A DNA stretch of 38,990 nt from Octopus sinensis (Eukaryota), in contig NW_021835885.1 of NCBI RefSeq assembly GCF_006345805.1, positions 1 through 38,990 of the forward strand, written 5' to 3'. The notes under the pieces were generated by a model that was given only the letters and a program-made list of their open reading frames with translations, was not told the DNA's origin and did not search any database. Shown piece by piece: positions 23,580 through 34,803 of the stretch. The translations under genes and the position numbers were made by a program. Every line of letters starts with the position of its first letter. The first letter of the stretch is position 1.

Positions 23580-23762
23580 TCATCCCACCATCTCTTGACA
23601 ACCGATGTTGGTGTGTTTACGTCCCCGTAGCTTAGTGGTTTGGTAAAAGAGACCGATAGAATAAATACTGGGCTTACAAAGAATAAGTTCTGGGGTCGAT
23701 TTGTTCGACTAAAGGCGGTGCTCCAGTATAGCCGCAGTCAAATGACTGAAATAAATAAAAGC
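23341..23762 (+). mobile_element. Full composite SINE A/B, inverted relative to 22327-22716
   Basis: Same family, with (TG)n expansions in the head and middle. Duplicate at 24825-25255. Confidence 0.88.
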
Positions 23763-25255
23763 ATATTATAAGATATATATATATATATATATATAATATA
23801 TATACTCTTTTACTTGTTTCAGTCAGTTGACTGCGGCCATGGTGGAGCACCACCTTTAATCGAGCAACTCGACCCGGGACTTATTCTTTGTAAGCCAGTA
23901 CTTATTCTATCGGTCTCTTTTGCCGAACCGCTAAGTGACGGGGACATAAACACCCCAGCATCGGTTGTCAAGCAATACTAGGGGGATAAACACAGACACA
24001 CAAACACACACGCACATATATATATATATATATATATATACGACGGGCTTCTTTCAGTTTCCGTCTACCAAATCCACTCACAAGGCTTTGGTCGGCAGTA
24101 GAAGACACTTGCCCAAGGTGCCACGCAGTGGAACTGAACCCGGAACCATGTGGTTGGTAATCAAGCTACTTACCACACAGCCACTCCTGCGCCTATATAT
24201 ATATACACACACACACACACAAACGTTATATCATACTTTTAGTCCATACTCATTTCCTACGTGAGTGTGTATATGTGGATGTATGTGTGTGTATGCAATT
24301 ATGTATATAGTACTCACGACACAGGTGAATAGGGAATCTCAATGCTCGTTCTGCTAGAAATAGCACACATGTACAGTCTCCGCCCCCCCCCCACACACAC
24401 ACACGTGCCCTATATACACCCTTCCGTTTCCAAATAGGACACAAGAAAATAGACAGAATGGATAATGTAGTTTTAACAACGCTTAAAAGATGGGACGGTC
24501 ACGGTCGGAATGCCTTTGATGCTAGGGCTTCTTAACAGCAACATGCAGGTGTGTGTGTATACAGGTGCGTATTAATTACATCGTTAAAGCTGTCAAGGAA
24601 AGAAGTGATGAACGATGAAAAGAGAGAGAGACAGACAGACAGACAGGACAGACAGACAGAGGAGAAGCAAATTGGAGGAGGGGCTGGTCGCGGTGGGAGG
24701 GACGATGACAGCATCACGGAAATAAATGACATTCACCTTGGATAAACTCTACAATGATTTAAGATCACAGAGTTGCAGGTTCGAATCGAACAATTACCCA
24801 GTCATTGAATTGATTCATTGGACTGAGGCGACGCGTGTGTGTTGTGTTGTGTGTATGGTAGTAGCTTGCTTCCCAACAACATGGCTCTGGGTTTTCGGTG
24901 CCACTGCGTAGCACCTTTGGCAAGTGTCTTCTATTATAGCCTTGGGCCGACCAAAGCCTTGTGAGTGGATGGTTAGATGGAAAATGAAATGAAAGAAGCC
25001 ACAGTTCGTATATATAGGTGTGTGTGTGTGTGTGTGTTGTGTGCTGTGTGTGTGTGTGTGTGTGTGTGTTGTTTGTCATCCCACCATCTCTGACAACATG
25101 TTGGTGTTGTGTTTACGTCCCCGTAGCTTAGTGGTTTGGTAAAAGAGACCGATAGAATAAATACTGCTTACAAAGAATAAGTTCTGGGGTCGATTGTTCG
25201 ACTAAAGGCGGTGCTCCAGTATAGCCGCAGTCAAATGACTGAAATAAATAAAAGC

Positions 25256-25299
<44 letters not shown>

Positions 25300-25313
25300 T
25301 ATATATATATATA

Positions 25314-25583
25314 TAGTAGTCTCCACTTGATCTTGAAGGGGATGGAGTTCCTTTTAAGGTACCAGATGTGGGCGGCGAGGGTAGTTTGGTTGGATTTGTC
25401 AGGTCGCCGGAACGAGTGTGTGTGGGCGTACCAGCGAGTCTTAAAGCTGTTTGACGTCATTCCGATGTACGATTTTCTTTTATCATCGGGGCCTGATCGT
25501 ACCTCGCATGTGTAGACGAGGTCTTTCTGTAGGCAGTTGTTGTTGAGGGGGCAAGTGGTTTTATCAGGGAAGTTGCAATTGCT
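25314..25583 (-). pseudogene. Penelope-like element GIY-YIG endonuclease fragment
   Basis: Minus strand translates without stops: SNCNFPDKTTCPLNNNCLQKDLVYTCEV...KSYIGMTSNSFKTRWYAHTHSF...TTLAAHIWYLK....IKWRLL (CPL..NC, VY, YIG, FK.R..H motifs of PLE GIY-YIG). Confidence 0.9.
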
Positions 25584-25750
25584 ATCTGCCCCCTCAACAA
25601 CAACTGCCTACAGAAAGACCTCGTCTACACATGCGAGGTACGATCAGGCCCCGATGATAAAAGAAAATCGTACATCGGAATGACGTCAAACAGCTTTAAG
25701 ACTCGCTGGTACGCCCACACACACTCGTTCCGGCGACCTGACAAATCCAA
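25390..25750. repeat. 164-bp inverted repeat (25390-25553 and 25587-25750) with 33-nt spacer; arms appear identical
   Basis: ttggatttgtcagg...gagggggca versus tgccccctc...cctgacaaatccaa; flanked on both sides by (TA)n. Confidence 0.95.
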
Positions 25751-25777
25751 TATATATATATATATATATATTTCATG

Positions 25778-25954
25778 GATGTTGTTATACATCGCTGGTC
25801 ACAGTGTGTTTCACACCGTTTTGGCTTTCGTATGACGCCACCCTGCTGGCGTGGTGAGCAAGCCAACACAACGCAGCACCCGGTTCAAGGATCGAAACCG
25901 CGATCTGGTAACCGTGAGCGAAACACCCTAGCCACTGGACCATGCGCCTCTTCA
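25778..25954 (-). mobile_element. SINE family D variant
   Basis: catcgctggtcaca...gatcgaaaccgcgatc...ctagccactggaccatgcgcctc. Confidence 0.7.
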
Positions 25955-26666
25955 CACAAACACTTACACATGTATATATGTATGTATGTATATATGTATG
26001 TATGTATGTGTATATGTATGAATGTATGTACGTGTGTATGTATGTGTGTGTATGTATGTATGTATGTATGTATAAATGTATGTATGTATGCATGTATGTA
26101 TGTACTATTGTTCACAGCACCCACTGAGACAAAGGTATATCACAGCAAGTCTGTCTTCCGTATGCATATACAGTCGCTCAATAGTTTGACGGTTCTGATA
26201 ATACATACACACACACACACCACCACCACCACCACCACCACACCCACACATACACCCATTGTTTTATCTACAAGCAGCTAACTGCTGGAGAAAGTGTTTG
26301 TTTTTTTTTTTTGTTTTACGTAAGATTTTTGCAGGAGGTCATCACGATTATGGTATCTCCCAACAGTAATATACACTCGCTGGCAGCGATTAACAAATAT
26401 TAAGTTTACCTGGCAACAGTGCCCACTGGTCTATGAGACGTGGCTATCATCTTTAATGTTTTTGTTTATAAGTTTAAATAGTAGCAAAAGGGACCGGGAA
26501 CCGCGATATCTACAGTCCCCCACCACCCCCACCCGACTCTCGAACTTTTGATATTTGATAGAGCTAGTGGCTGGTTTCAGTATTACAATATCCGCAAGAA
26601 TAGCGAAGACAGAACAAAAAAGGAATCTAGAATCCGGTGTAAAAACGATGACAATAATAAACAGTT

Positions 26667-27222
26667 GTGAGCTGGCAGAAACGTCAGCACGCCGGGCGAG
26701 ATGCTTAGCGGTATTTCGTCTGCCGTTACGTTCTGAGTTCAAATTCCGTCGAGGTCGACTTTGCCTTTCATCCTTTCGGGGTCGATAAATTAAGTACCAT
26801 TTACGCACTGGGGTCGATATAATCGACTTAATCCCTTTGTCTGTTCTTGTTTGTACTCTCTGTGTTTAGACCCTTGTGGGTAGTAAAGAAATAGGTATTT
26901 CGTCTGCCGCTATGTTCTGAGTTCAAATTCCGCCGAGGTCGACTTTGCCTTTCATCCTTTCGGGGTCGATAAATTAAGTACCATTTACGCACTGGGGTCG
27001 ATGTAATCGACTTAATCCCTTTGTCTGTTCTTGTTTGTACTCTCTGTGTTTAGACCCTTGTGGGTAGTAAAGAAACCGTTGTTGGTTTGTTTAAGTCCCC
27101 GTAAGCTAGAGATTCGGTAACAAGAGACCTATTGAATAAGTACCAAGCTTAGAAAAAATAAGTAATGGGGTCGGTTATGCTCCAGTATGGCCGCAGTCCA
27201 ATGTCTGAAACAAACTGAAAAA
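26667..27222 (+). mobile_element. SINE family C (head + two near-identical 184-bp bodies) followed by a family-B tail
   Basis: Units start ggtatttcgtc at 26710 and 26894 and end gtagtaaagaaa(ta). The B tail runs 27076-27222. Confidence 0.88.
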
Positions 27223-27849
27223 GATATATATATATATATACATTATATATACACATATATATATATACACTCATATATATATATACACCATCACCACTCT
27301 TATATACCATCCCCTCTCTATCTACTCCCCTTTCCATATTCCGCTGAAATAACCACCCCTCCTGCCACCCATCGTCAGCCTAACTACATACCCGAGCATC
27401 CACCCGCACACCTGTTGCACTCAAGGTAGGTAGAGTTTCTCGCTGTTTAGCACCTGCCTGACAACTTTCCAAACTCACACCCCGACAATTAAGGTACCAG
27501 GACAATAAAGGTACTACATCAGCTCACCACCACAGCCGACCATGCCCACCCTGGAGGAGCTGTAAAATAAGAGGGCGTGGAGCGGGTCGGAGTTGCGACT
27601 TACACATGCTGATTGTTTTGACATTGATATCACAACCCACTTCCACCCCTCCATGAGGATAATTATCATGTATGTAGGTAGGTATGTATGCATGTGTGTG
27701 TGTGTACGTATATGTATATATATGTGTGTGTGTGTATATAAATATATGTGTGTTTATATCTGTACATATATGTATATATATGTGTGTGTTCTTTTTTTTT
27801 TTTGTGTGTATGTATGTATATATATATATATATATAATATATATATTGT

Positions 27850-28203
27850 GGTACTCCGTCGGTACGACGACGAGGGTTCCAGTTGATCTGATCAACGGAA
27901 CAGCCTGCTTGTGAAATTAATGTGGCTGAGGTTTCCACAGACACATGTACCCTTAACGTAGTTCTCGGGGAGATTCAGCGTGACAAAGACTGTGACAAGG
28001 CCCGCCCTTTGAAATACAGGTACAAGAGAAACAGGAAGAAAGAGTGAGAGAAAGTTGTGGTGAAAGAATACAGCTGGGTTCGCCAACACCCCTTGCCGGA
28101 TCTCATGGAGCTTTAGGCGTTTTCGCTCAATAAACACTCACAAAACCTGGTCTGGGAATAGAAACCGCGATCCTACGACCGCGAGTCCGCTGCCCTAACC
28201 ACT
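27850..28203 (-). mobile_element. SINE family D with an alternative 3' module
   Basis: 5' part matches 6891-7189; the 3' part (ccgtcggtacgacgacgagggttccagttgatc...) differs. Confidence 0.75.
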
Positions 28204-28319
28204 GCCCTAACCCTATATTTATTTATATATTTTTTATCATCATCATCATCGTTTAACATCTATTTTCTACGCTGGCAATGTTTTTACAGCTTGATGCCCT
28301 TCCTAACGTCAATACACAA

Positions 28320-28353
<34 letters not shown>

Positions 28354-28365
28354 TATATATATACA

Positions 28366-28399
<34 letters not shown>

Positions 28400-29118
28400 C
28401 ATATATATATATGAGATAGATAGATAGATAGATAGTAGTTGTTTTATGTGTGTGCATGTATGCATATATGTACATCTCCCTCTTCTGCTCTATGTATATA
28501 AATAATATAGACAATCATATACATACACACACACATATACATATATAGATATACGTACATATACATACATATATAGATACACACACACACACACATATAT
28601 ATATTTTTTATTTATTTATTTTTTTTTTTTAGTTTCAGCTCACAAGCTGTGGCCATGCTGGGGCATATATCAGCGGGGAAGCAGGACAGATGAAATGTCA
28701 AACTAAATACATCACAAGTTTCGACAGCATCTCCCCAATTCGTGTTCAACGCTGTAATGAGCTCTTCCACATAGCAGGCGGGTTAGTCGATTAGGTAAAT
28801 ACCAGTTGTACATTAGGGTCGATATGATTTAGCAAACTACCTTCGCTCCAAAAGTGTGATCCTGTTGACAGTAACCAGTACGGGAAGGGAGTCAGTTGAG
28901 GTAGCTCCCAAAATAGGGTAACATAGAGACACGTGTTGGTGGGGTGGAGTTGGTTGATGGGGGTGGGGTAATTTTAGGGATTAAGGTTAAATCTTGCTTC
29001 AGGGGTTAAAACAGTGTAACAGAGAAGAGAAAATAGGAGAGTAAAATTATAAAAAAGAGATTGAGAGAAAATGGATAAGTATTGAAAGGAGAGAGAGAGA
29101 ATAGTTGAGTAAATATAT

Positions 29119-29350
29119 ATTTCTTTACTACCCACAAGGGGCTAAACACAGAGGGGACAAACAAGGACAGACAAAGGGATTAAGTCGATTATATCGACCC
29201 CAGTGCGTAAATGGTACATAATTTATCGACTCTGAAAGGATGAAAGGCAAAGTTGACCTCGGCAGAATTTGAACTCAGAACGTAGCGGCAGACGAAATAC
29301 CGCTAAGCATTTCGCCCGGTGTGCTAACGATTCTGCCAGCTCGCCGCCTT
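29119..29350 (-). mobile_element. SINE family C, monomer, 13-bp TSD
   Basis: Head plus one body; tgagtaaatatat at 29106-29118 and 29354-29366. Confidence 0.9.
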
Positions 29351-29479
29351 CGATGAGTAAATATATGTTAGCGACTTGAAAAGAAGTAAATGTGTATAAT
29401 ACTTCATATGGGATGGGGATGTATACAGACAGACACACGCACACAAACACACACACACACACATACATACACACATCTT

Positions 29480-30010
29480 CGTGTTTGTCTCAATTTATCC
29501 CGGACAAAGGTTAAAGTTGAAAACGGAAGCTGTTCCGATTATTATCGTTCTGTGTCCGGGCATTACTGACTTGTGGAGTTATGTTGAACAGTTAGTTATT
29601 GGACGGATCCTTCTATCAGCCGGGTCCATTGTAACGATAGCCGCACCGCCTTCCTTTAATCGGGTAGGTAGGACAGTTTTCCTATGCCTGGTAGTGATGG
29701 CGAAAGAGGTTGTCTGGTAAACGATGTTGAAAGGCATGAAGACAGAAGCATTCTTTCCTCAACGACTTTTTCAAGTTTCACTTGAAAATGTAAGTGAGAG
29801 TGTTGAGTGTGATGTTGTCCTCGAATGAATTTATCGAAAAGTGGGTGAAAGTTGCAAAAATGGCAAGAATGGATGGTATACCCTAAGTATAGAGCTGTGA
29901 TACGCAGAATAGGAATTGGAGAGGGCACTTGCCGTTGTTTTAGGGAGATCTTAAATGAGGGGTTTCACGATTGAACCTAGCGGTCTTTCTGTTTCAGAAA
30001 AATCAGACTA
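29480..30010 (-). mobile_element. Possible decayed PLE reverse-transcriptase N-terminal region
   Basis: Minus-strand RLKEGGAAIVTMD resembles the PLE (A)DKGGAxVIMD motif; the surrounding frames are broken. Confidence 0.35.
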
Positions 30011-30108
30011 CGTTTAATTGGGGTTTTTTTAACTGATGTGTGCTATGTACATTTCCAGATTCTATTTTATTGTAAACTATGTATAGTATCTATTTTATAT
30101 ATTCATAT

Positions 30109-30504
30109 ATTCTTTTATTTGTTTCAGTCATTTGACATACAGGAGCACCGCCTTTAGTCGAACAAATCGATCCCAGCACTTATTCTTTGTAAGCCCTGTA
30201 CTTATTCTATCGGCCTCTTTTGCCGAACAGCTAGGTAACGGAGACGTTAACACACCACCATCGGTTGTCAAACGATAGTGGGGGAGACGAACACACACAC
30301 ACACTCTTATATTTACGGATATATATATATATGTATATATACGACGGGCTTCTTTCTGTTTCTGTCTACCAAATCCACTCACAAGGCTTTGGTCGGCCCG
30401 AGGCTATTGTAGAAGGCACTTGCCCAAGGTGCCATGCAGTGGGAATGAACCAGGAACCATGTGGCTGGTAAGTAAGCTACTTACCACACAGCCACTCCGG
30501 CGCC
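30109..30504 (-). mobile_element. Full composite SINE A/B
   Basis: Matches 22327-22716. Confidence 0.88.
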
Positions 30505-30654
30505 TATATATAATTTTATTGTATTCAAATCCCCACATTTTGTCTGTCGTTCCATTGTCCCGCTTCATCTATTGCTCTGCTGGCAAAGAAAAAAAACAGA
30601 AATCATTATTACTCTGTGTTGGGGGTGTATGTGTGTGTGTGCATGTATGTGAGC

Positions 30655-30948
30655 ACGTGATCGGCCAGACAATCGGTTGTTGTTCAACATCGCTAATCAC
30701 AATGTGCTTTCCATTAAAAAAAATGTTTTTTTAGCTTTCGATTGATGTCACCTTACTGGATAGGCGAACAGGCAACATTCCTCCCAACTGGAAGACCAGT
30801 TCGTCACAGGGGTGACCCATTTACAGCTGAGCAGACTGGAGCAACGTGAAATGAAGTGTTTTGCTCACGAACACAACGCCCTGCCTGGTCCAGGAACGGA
30901 ACCCGCAGTCCAGCGATCGCGAGCGATACACCCTAACTACTACGTCAC
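30655..30948 (-). mobile_element. SINE family D-related decayed copy
   Basis: catcgctaatcacaatgtgc...ggaacccgcagtccagcgatcgcgagcg...ccctaactact. Confidence 0.6.
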
Positions 30949-31034
30949 TCATCTTTACCTTTGATGTGTGCACGTGTGTATGTAAATATATAGATAGATT
31001 GTTTGATAGAGATAGAGAGAGAGGGAGAGAGAGG

Positions 31035-31148
<114 letters not shown>

Positions 31149-31439
31149 ACATTTTATGTATACCCACTGTTGCTAGGCCACTTACTGCATCTCCTATGGA
31201 CTCGACTGTGTTAAAGACAATAGATATCAGAAAGAGGCAAAATTCATCCCAGTAGCAAGGATTACTTCGTAAAGAAGTCGAGAGGCTAACACGAACTTAA
31301 CAGTAAGTGGAACATTAAAAATATGAAAGACTTTTCTAACGTTCAACCTAAAATAAATATCGTTGTTTCCCAAATTTCTAACCGATGAAGTTTTTGCTTA
31401 TCTGGTTTTTTATTCTTGTTTTTTACCCTCATGCTAAAG

Positions 31440-32311
31440 AATACTAATAAATGAAAACAAAATAGGGCAGCGATGCACAAAAGGAACTGAGATTCAGGTA
31501 AAGCTGTAAAGTGTGACAATCGTCGCAAACTTTGTGGGAGTTCACACTGAAGATATCACCCACATTATAAGCAGTTGTCTGAAAATGTCATCACGGTCTT
31601 ATCTACCGGTGAGACGTAGCGTTGTAGCTAGGACACTCTGTAATGAAATCCGTCGGAAGGATAATCCCGAAGACACAGAAATAAGAACCCACAATATAGT
31701 AGAAGCCATAGCCACACGTAATAAAAAGGAATACTGGTGGACTATACCAGTGAAGACCTCAGTAAAATGTAAGTATATAATGATTTGGAATACAGATGAA
31801 AAACTGTGCACAATTGTGGAAATTAGCAGATGTTAACATAAAGCTGAAAATCAGCGAAAAAGAGAATACCTATGCTGAACTATTGTGAAATCTGCAGTTA
31901 CTCTACCCAGATTACAAGCTCAGACTTCTATCTGTAGTTATTGGGGCCCTAGGATATGTAACACACTGCCTAAATACCAATCTTGAGAAATTAGGCTTCT
32001 CAAAACCAGAAAGGAGAAGCTAATTCGAAGACTACAGATCGAATTCATCACTGGAACTGTAAAAATATGTAAAACCTTCCAGAAGTTTATCATTTATATA
32101 TATATATGAGCATGTCTAGATATGCAACTATATGCATGGGAAGACATTCATTCCAATGAAGGAGTCTTGGATCTAGGTTAGAAACCAGTCCTTTTTCTAT
32201 TGGCAAGAAATCTTGAAATAAACTGAATAATGGCATACATACATACATACATACATACATACATACATACATACATACATACATACATACATACATACAT
32301 ACATACATACA
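31440..32311 (+). mobile_element. R4-like (RLE) non-LTR retrotransposon 3' part ending in (CATA)n
   Basis: KCDNRRKLC..EDITHIISSC.KMSSRSYLPVR...EYWWTIPVKTSVKCK..IMIWN..KLCTIVEIS...VIGALG...TGTVKICKTFQKF, then a 3' UTR abutting (CATA)n at about 32235-32311. Confidence 0.8.
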
Positions 32312-32566
32312 TGCGTGTTTATGTGGGGGGAGTGAATGCGCAATTGTTCCCGCACGTTGCATTTATTACATCATATACAATGTTTAACAGCTACATATAT
32401 TTTCTTGCCGCGCTAAGGTCGTCTTTGCCTTTCAACCTTTTAGGTTAAATGAGAGACATACCAGTAGAGAACTGAGGTGAATGTATTAGACAAGTCCTCT
32501 TTCCCCAAAATTCCAGGCTTTGTGCCTAGAGTAGAAAGGATTATTATCATCATCAACATCATTAAG

Positions 32567-32720
32567 ACGACAAGTTGGTAGGGTCGTTAGCGTATCGAGA
32601 AAAATATTTAGCGGCATTTTTTCCGGCTTTATGTTCTGAGTTCAGATTCCACCGAGGTCAACTTTGTCTTTCATCCTTTTGGGGGCTGATAAAATAAATA
32701 CCAGTCATGTACAAGGGTGG
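32567..32720 (+). mobile_element. Old SINE family C copy
   Basis: gttctgagttcagattccaccgaggtcaactttgtctttcatccttt. Confidence 0.65.
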
Positions 32721-33323
32721 ATGGACGAGCCTGCTCCTCTTAAATTCCTAGTCTTGTTTTTCATAGTTGGCTAACATGGATTCAGCACGCCCATCGATTC
32801 AATCGCAACCATCTGAGATGAGAATTTAAAGAGATTTATCTGCTATTTCTAGCATCACGAGTGTCTAGCAGGAGGCTTCTTCGTTGGCTCTTGTTTTGAT
32901 TCTTGCTAACAAAGAGAGCAAATTAAACAAATACGTTATCTTTACATCTCTTATCGCAGTGACTTATCTTGGCGTCGCTAAGTAATGTCGATACAGACAG
33001 CAATGCGCATGACAATGTCTCTGAGAAACGGATGTTGATTAGTAAGAATTGTAGTGACCTTGAAACACAAAAAACAAAATAACGAAACAAAACAATAAAT
33101 GTACTAATAACAGCAACAGACATGACAAATTTTAGATAAATTTGTTATCAAGTACATGTTTGTGTGAGTAGGCATCTTACACACACACACACGCACACAC
33201 ACATACAGAGTACCAGCCTCACACACACATATACATATATTATATATATATATATATATAGTATATATATATATATATATATTATATATCTATACAACAA
33301 TATGTTACATTACTCGATAGTCA

Positions 33324-33386
33324 AGATAAAACTCTGAGTTTCAGATGCCGAAGTGGAAATCCACAACACCATCTCTTCGGTTATCT
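33324..33386 (-). ncRNA. Identical mirror hammerhead-like motif
   Basis: Reverse complement of 33461-33523. Confidence 0.6.
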
Positions 33387-33460
33387 GGCTATTTCCAGAA
33401 ATAGCCAGATAACCGAAGAGATGGTGTTGTGGATTTCCACTTCGGCATCTGGAAATAGCC

Positions 33461-33523
33461 AGATAACCGAAGAGATGGTGTTGTGGATTTCCACTTCGGC
33501 ATCTGAAACTCAGAGTTTTATCT
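33461..33523 (+). ncRNA. Type-I hammerhead-like motif, core CCGAAGA
   Basis: agataa-CCGAAGA-gatg...gtgg attt ccac...catc-t-GAAA-ctcagag-TT-ttatct. Stem I covaries with the 4158-4220 copy (agataa/ttatct versus taataa/ttatta). Confidence 0.6.
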
Positions 33524-33638
33524 TGACTATCGAGTAATGTAACATATTATTGTATAGATAAATTTCCTCTATTTACATAATATTGAAGTCTCTTTCTTTC
33601 TTTTGTTATCTTACCGTTTTATCAATATATATTATATA

Positions 33639-33688
<50 letters not shown>

Positions 33689-33734
33689 GTCCAACGTAAT
33701 GAGCAATAATAGTGATCGAACAGTGTATCTAAGG

Positions 33735-33923
33735 CAGGGGTCTCCAAAGTGGTCGATATCGACGCCTGGGGTGTGGAGGAAGGGGTGGATGGGACTAGTC
33801 AAGGGGTCGCTAAATGCTCATCTACTTAATTATTATTATTATTTATTTATTTATTTGTACATGCCTGGGGGTCGATGAGGGGGTATGAAAGGGGCGATGG
33901 TCTAAAACGTTTGAGGACCCCTG
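33735..33923. mobile_element. hAT (Charlie-type) MITE, 189 bp
   Basis: TIRs caggggtctccaaa / tttgaggacccctg. 8-bp TSD atctaagg / acctaagg with the central TA typical of Charlie elements. Confidence 0.8.
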
Positions 33924-34015
33924 ACCTAAGGGATTGCTCACCTGTTACACTAAGCATTCACCTATGTAGTTGTAAGCAAACAGACCCCTAATCGTCTTCT
34001 CCACTTTCCGCCCAG

Positions 34016-34073
34016 CAGTTGATTCAGGATGTGGGACAGGACCCCTACAACCCTCGGTTGGTTCTCATTACAG
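34016..34073 (+). other. Candidate isolated internal exon (58 nt, or 55 nt from the tandem acceptor)
   Basis: Branch-point-like CCCTAAT (33986-33992), polypyrimidine tract, CAG-CAG acceptor, CAG|GTGAGT donor. Two frames are open; no partner exons recognised. Confidence 0.35.
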
Positions 34074-34758
34074 GTGAGTAGGATAGACTAACATTAAACG
34101 AAGCGTTGGCTACCGATGTAGTTATAGATATACAATGGCTGAATAAAAGTCTTGGTAGTTACATCTGGAACTGCATTGATCATAGGTTTGTTGTATCAGG
34201 ATTGACCTGTGGCTAAACAAACCGATAACAGCTGAAGTACATGGCCCAGCTCTCTAACTCTTGATCCCGCTCTCTGACACCTGATCCAGCTCTCTAGCGT
34301 CTGACTCAAATCCCTAAAGTCTAATCCAGCCCTAATACCATTGCATAAACGAAGTTTTCCTATGGTATTTAGTACAGTGGAATCACTGAAAACGGGATCT
34401 TTGCATTTGTTTGCCCCACGTCTTCTGGCCATAATGGTTTCTCCCGTTGGTTAGAACGTATGAGAGTTCCTTTGGATTAACCTGTGAAATGGCTGTGTAA
34501 TCCACAGACCACTGGACCGTTGACGTAATTCCCAGCTAAGATCATCATGTGATCGTGTGACAATAATGGACCTTTCAATTATAAACATTTCCCATCGGAC
34601 GAGCTTCAGCACAGAATCCGGGAACCTAATTTCCCTTACAAAGTTTGGGCTGTCCCAAGGCTCTAATAAATGATACTGGCCAAAGATGCCGCGCAGTAGG
34701 ATCGAACCCGGAACTAATAGCTACGCAGTGAACTTAACGGCTCTATCAATTACGTGTG

Positions 34759-34803
<45 letters not shown>

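Larger units (their letters stand above)
22327..25256. repeat. About 1476-bp tandem duplication (22327-23790 and 23803-25256)
   Basis: Unit starts tactcttttacttg at 22327 and 23803. Copies are near-identical; differences are mostly small indels concentrated in the second half of copy 2. Confidence 0.9.
33287..33610. mobile_element. PLE-type palindrome (33287-33560) with an internal 54-bp tandem duplication and two complete hammerhead-like motifs
   Basis: Arms are near-identical; 33398-33451 equals 33452-33505; flanked by (TA)n. Confidence 0.8.

Noticed and set aside
25650-25672. CCGATGA-taaaa-GAAA within the inverted GIY-YIG copy
   Set aside because: Coding sequence (PDDKRK) with no helices.
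26710-26780. HDV-like ribozyme at the SINE-C re-entry G
   Set aside because: No nearby 3' strand for a P1 helix starting GGUAUUU; the nested pseudoknot cannot be drawn.
2141-30504. tRNA-like sequences at SINE heads
   Set aside because: They have A/B-box-like motifs but no complete cloverleaf and continue into SINE bodies; not tRNA genes.
34196-34432. 78-aa minus-strand ORF with ccagctctct-like repeats
   Set aside because: Short, no recognisable family motif; the RVRELGHV similarity to the RTE LRW.GHV motif is too weak.
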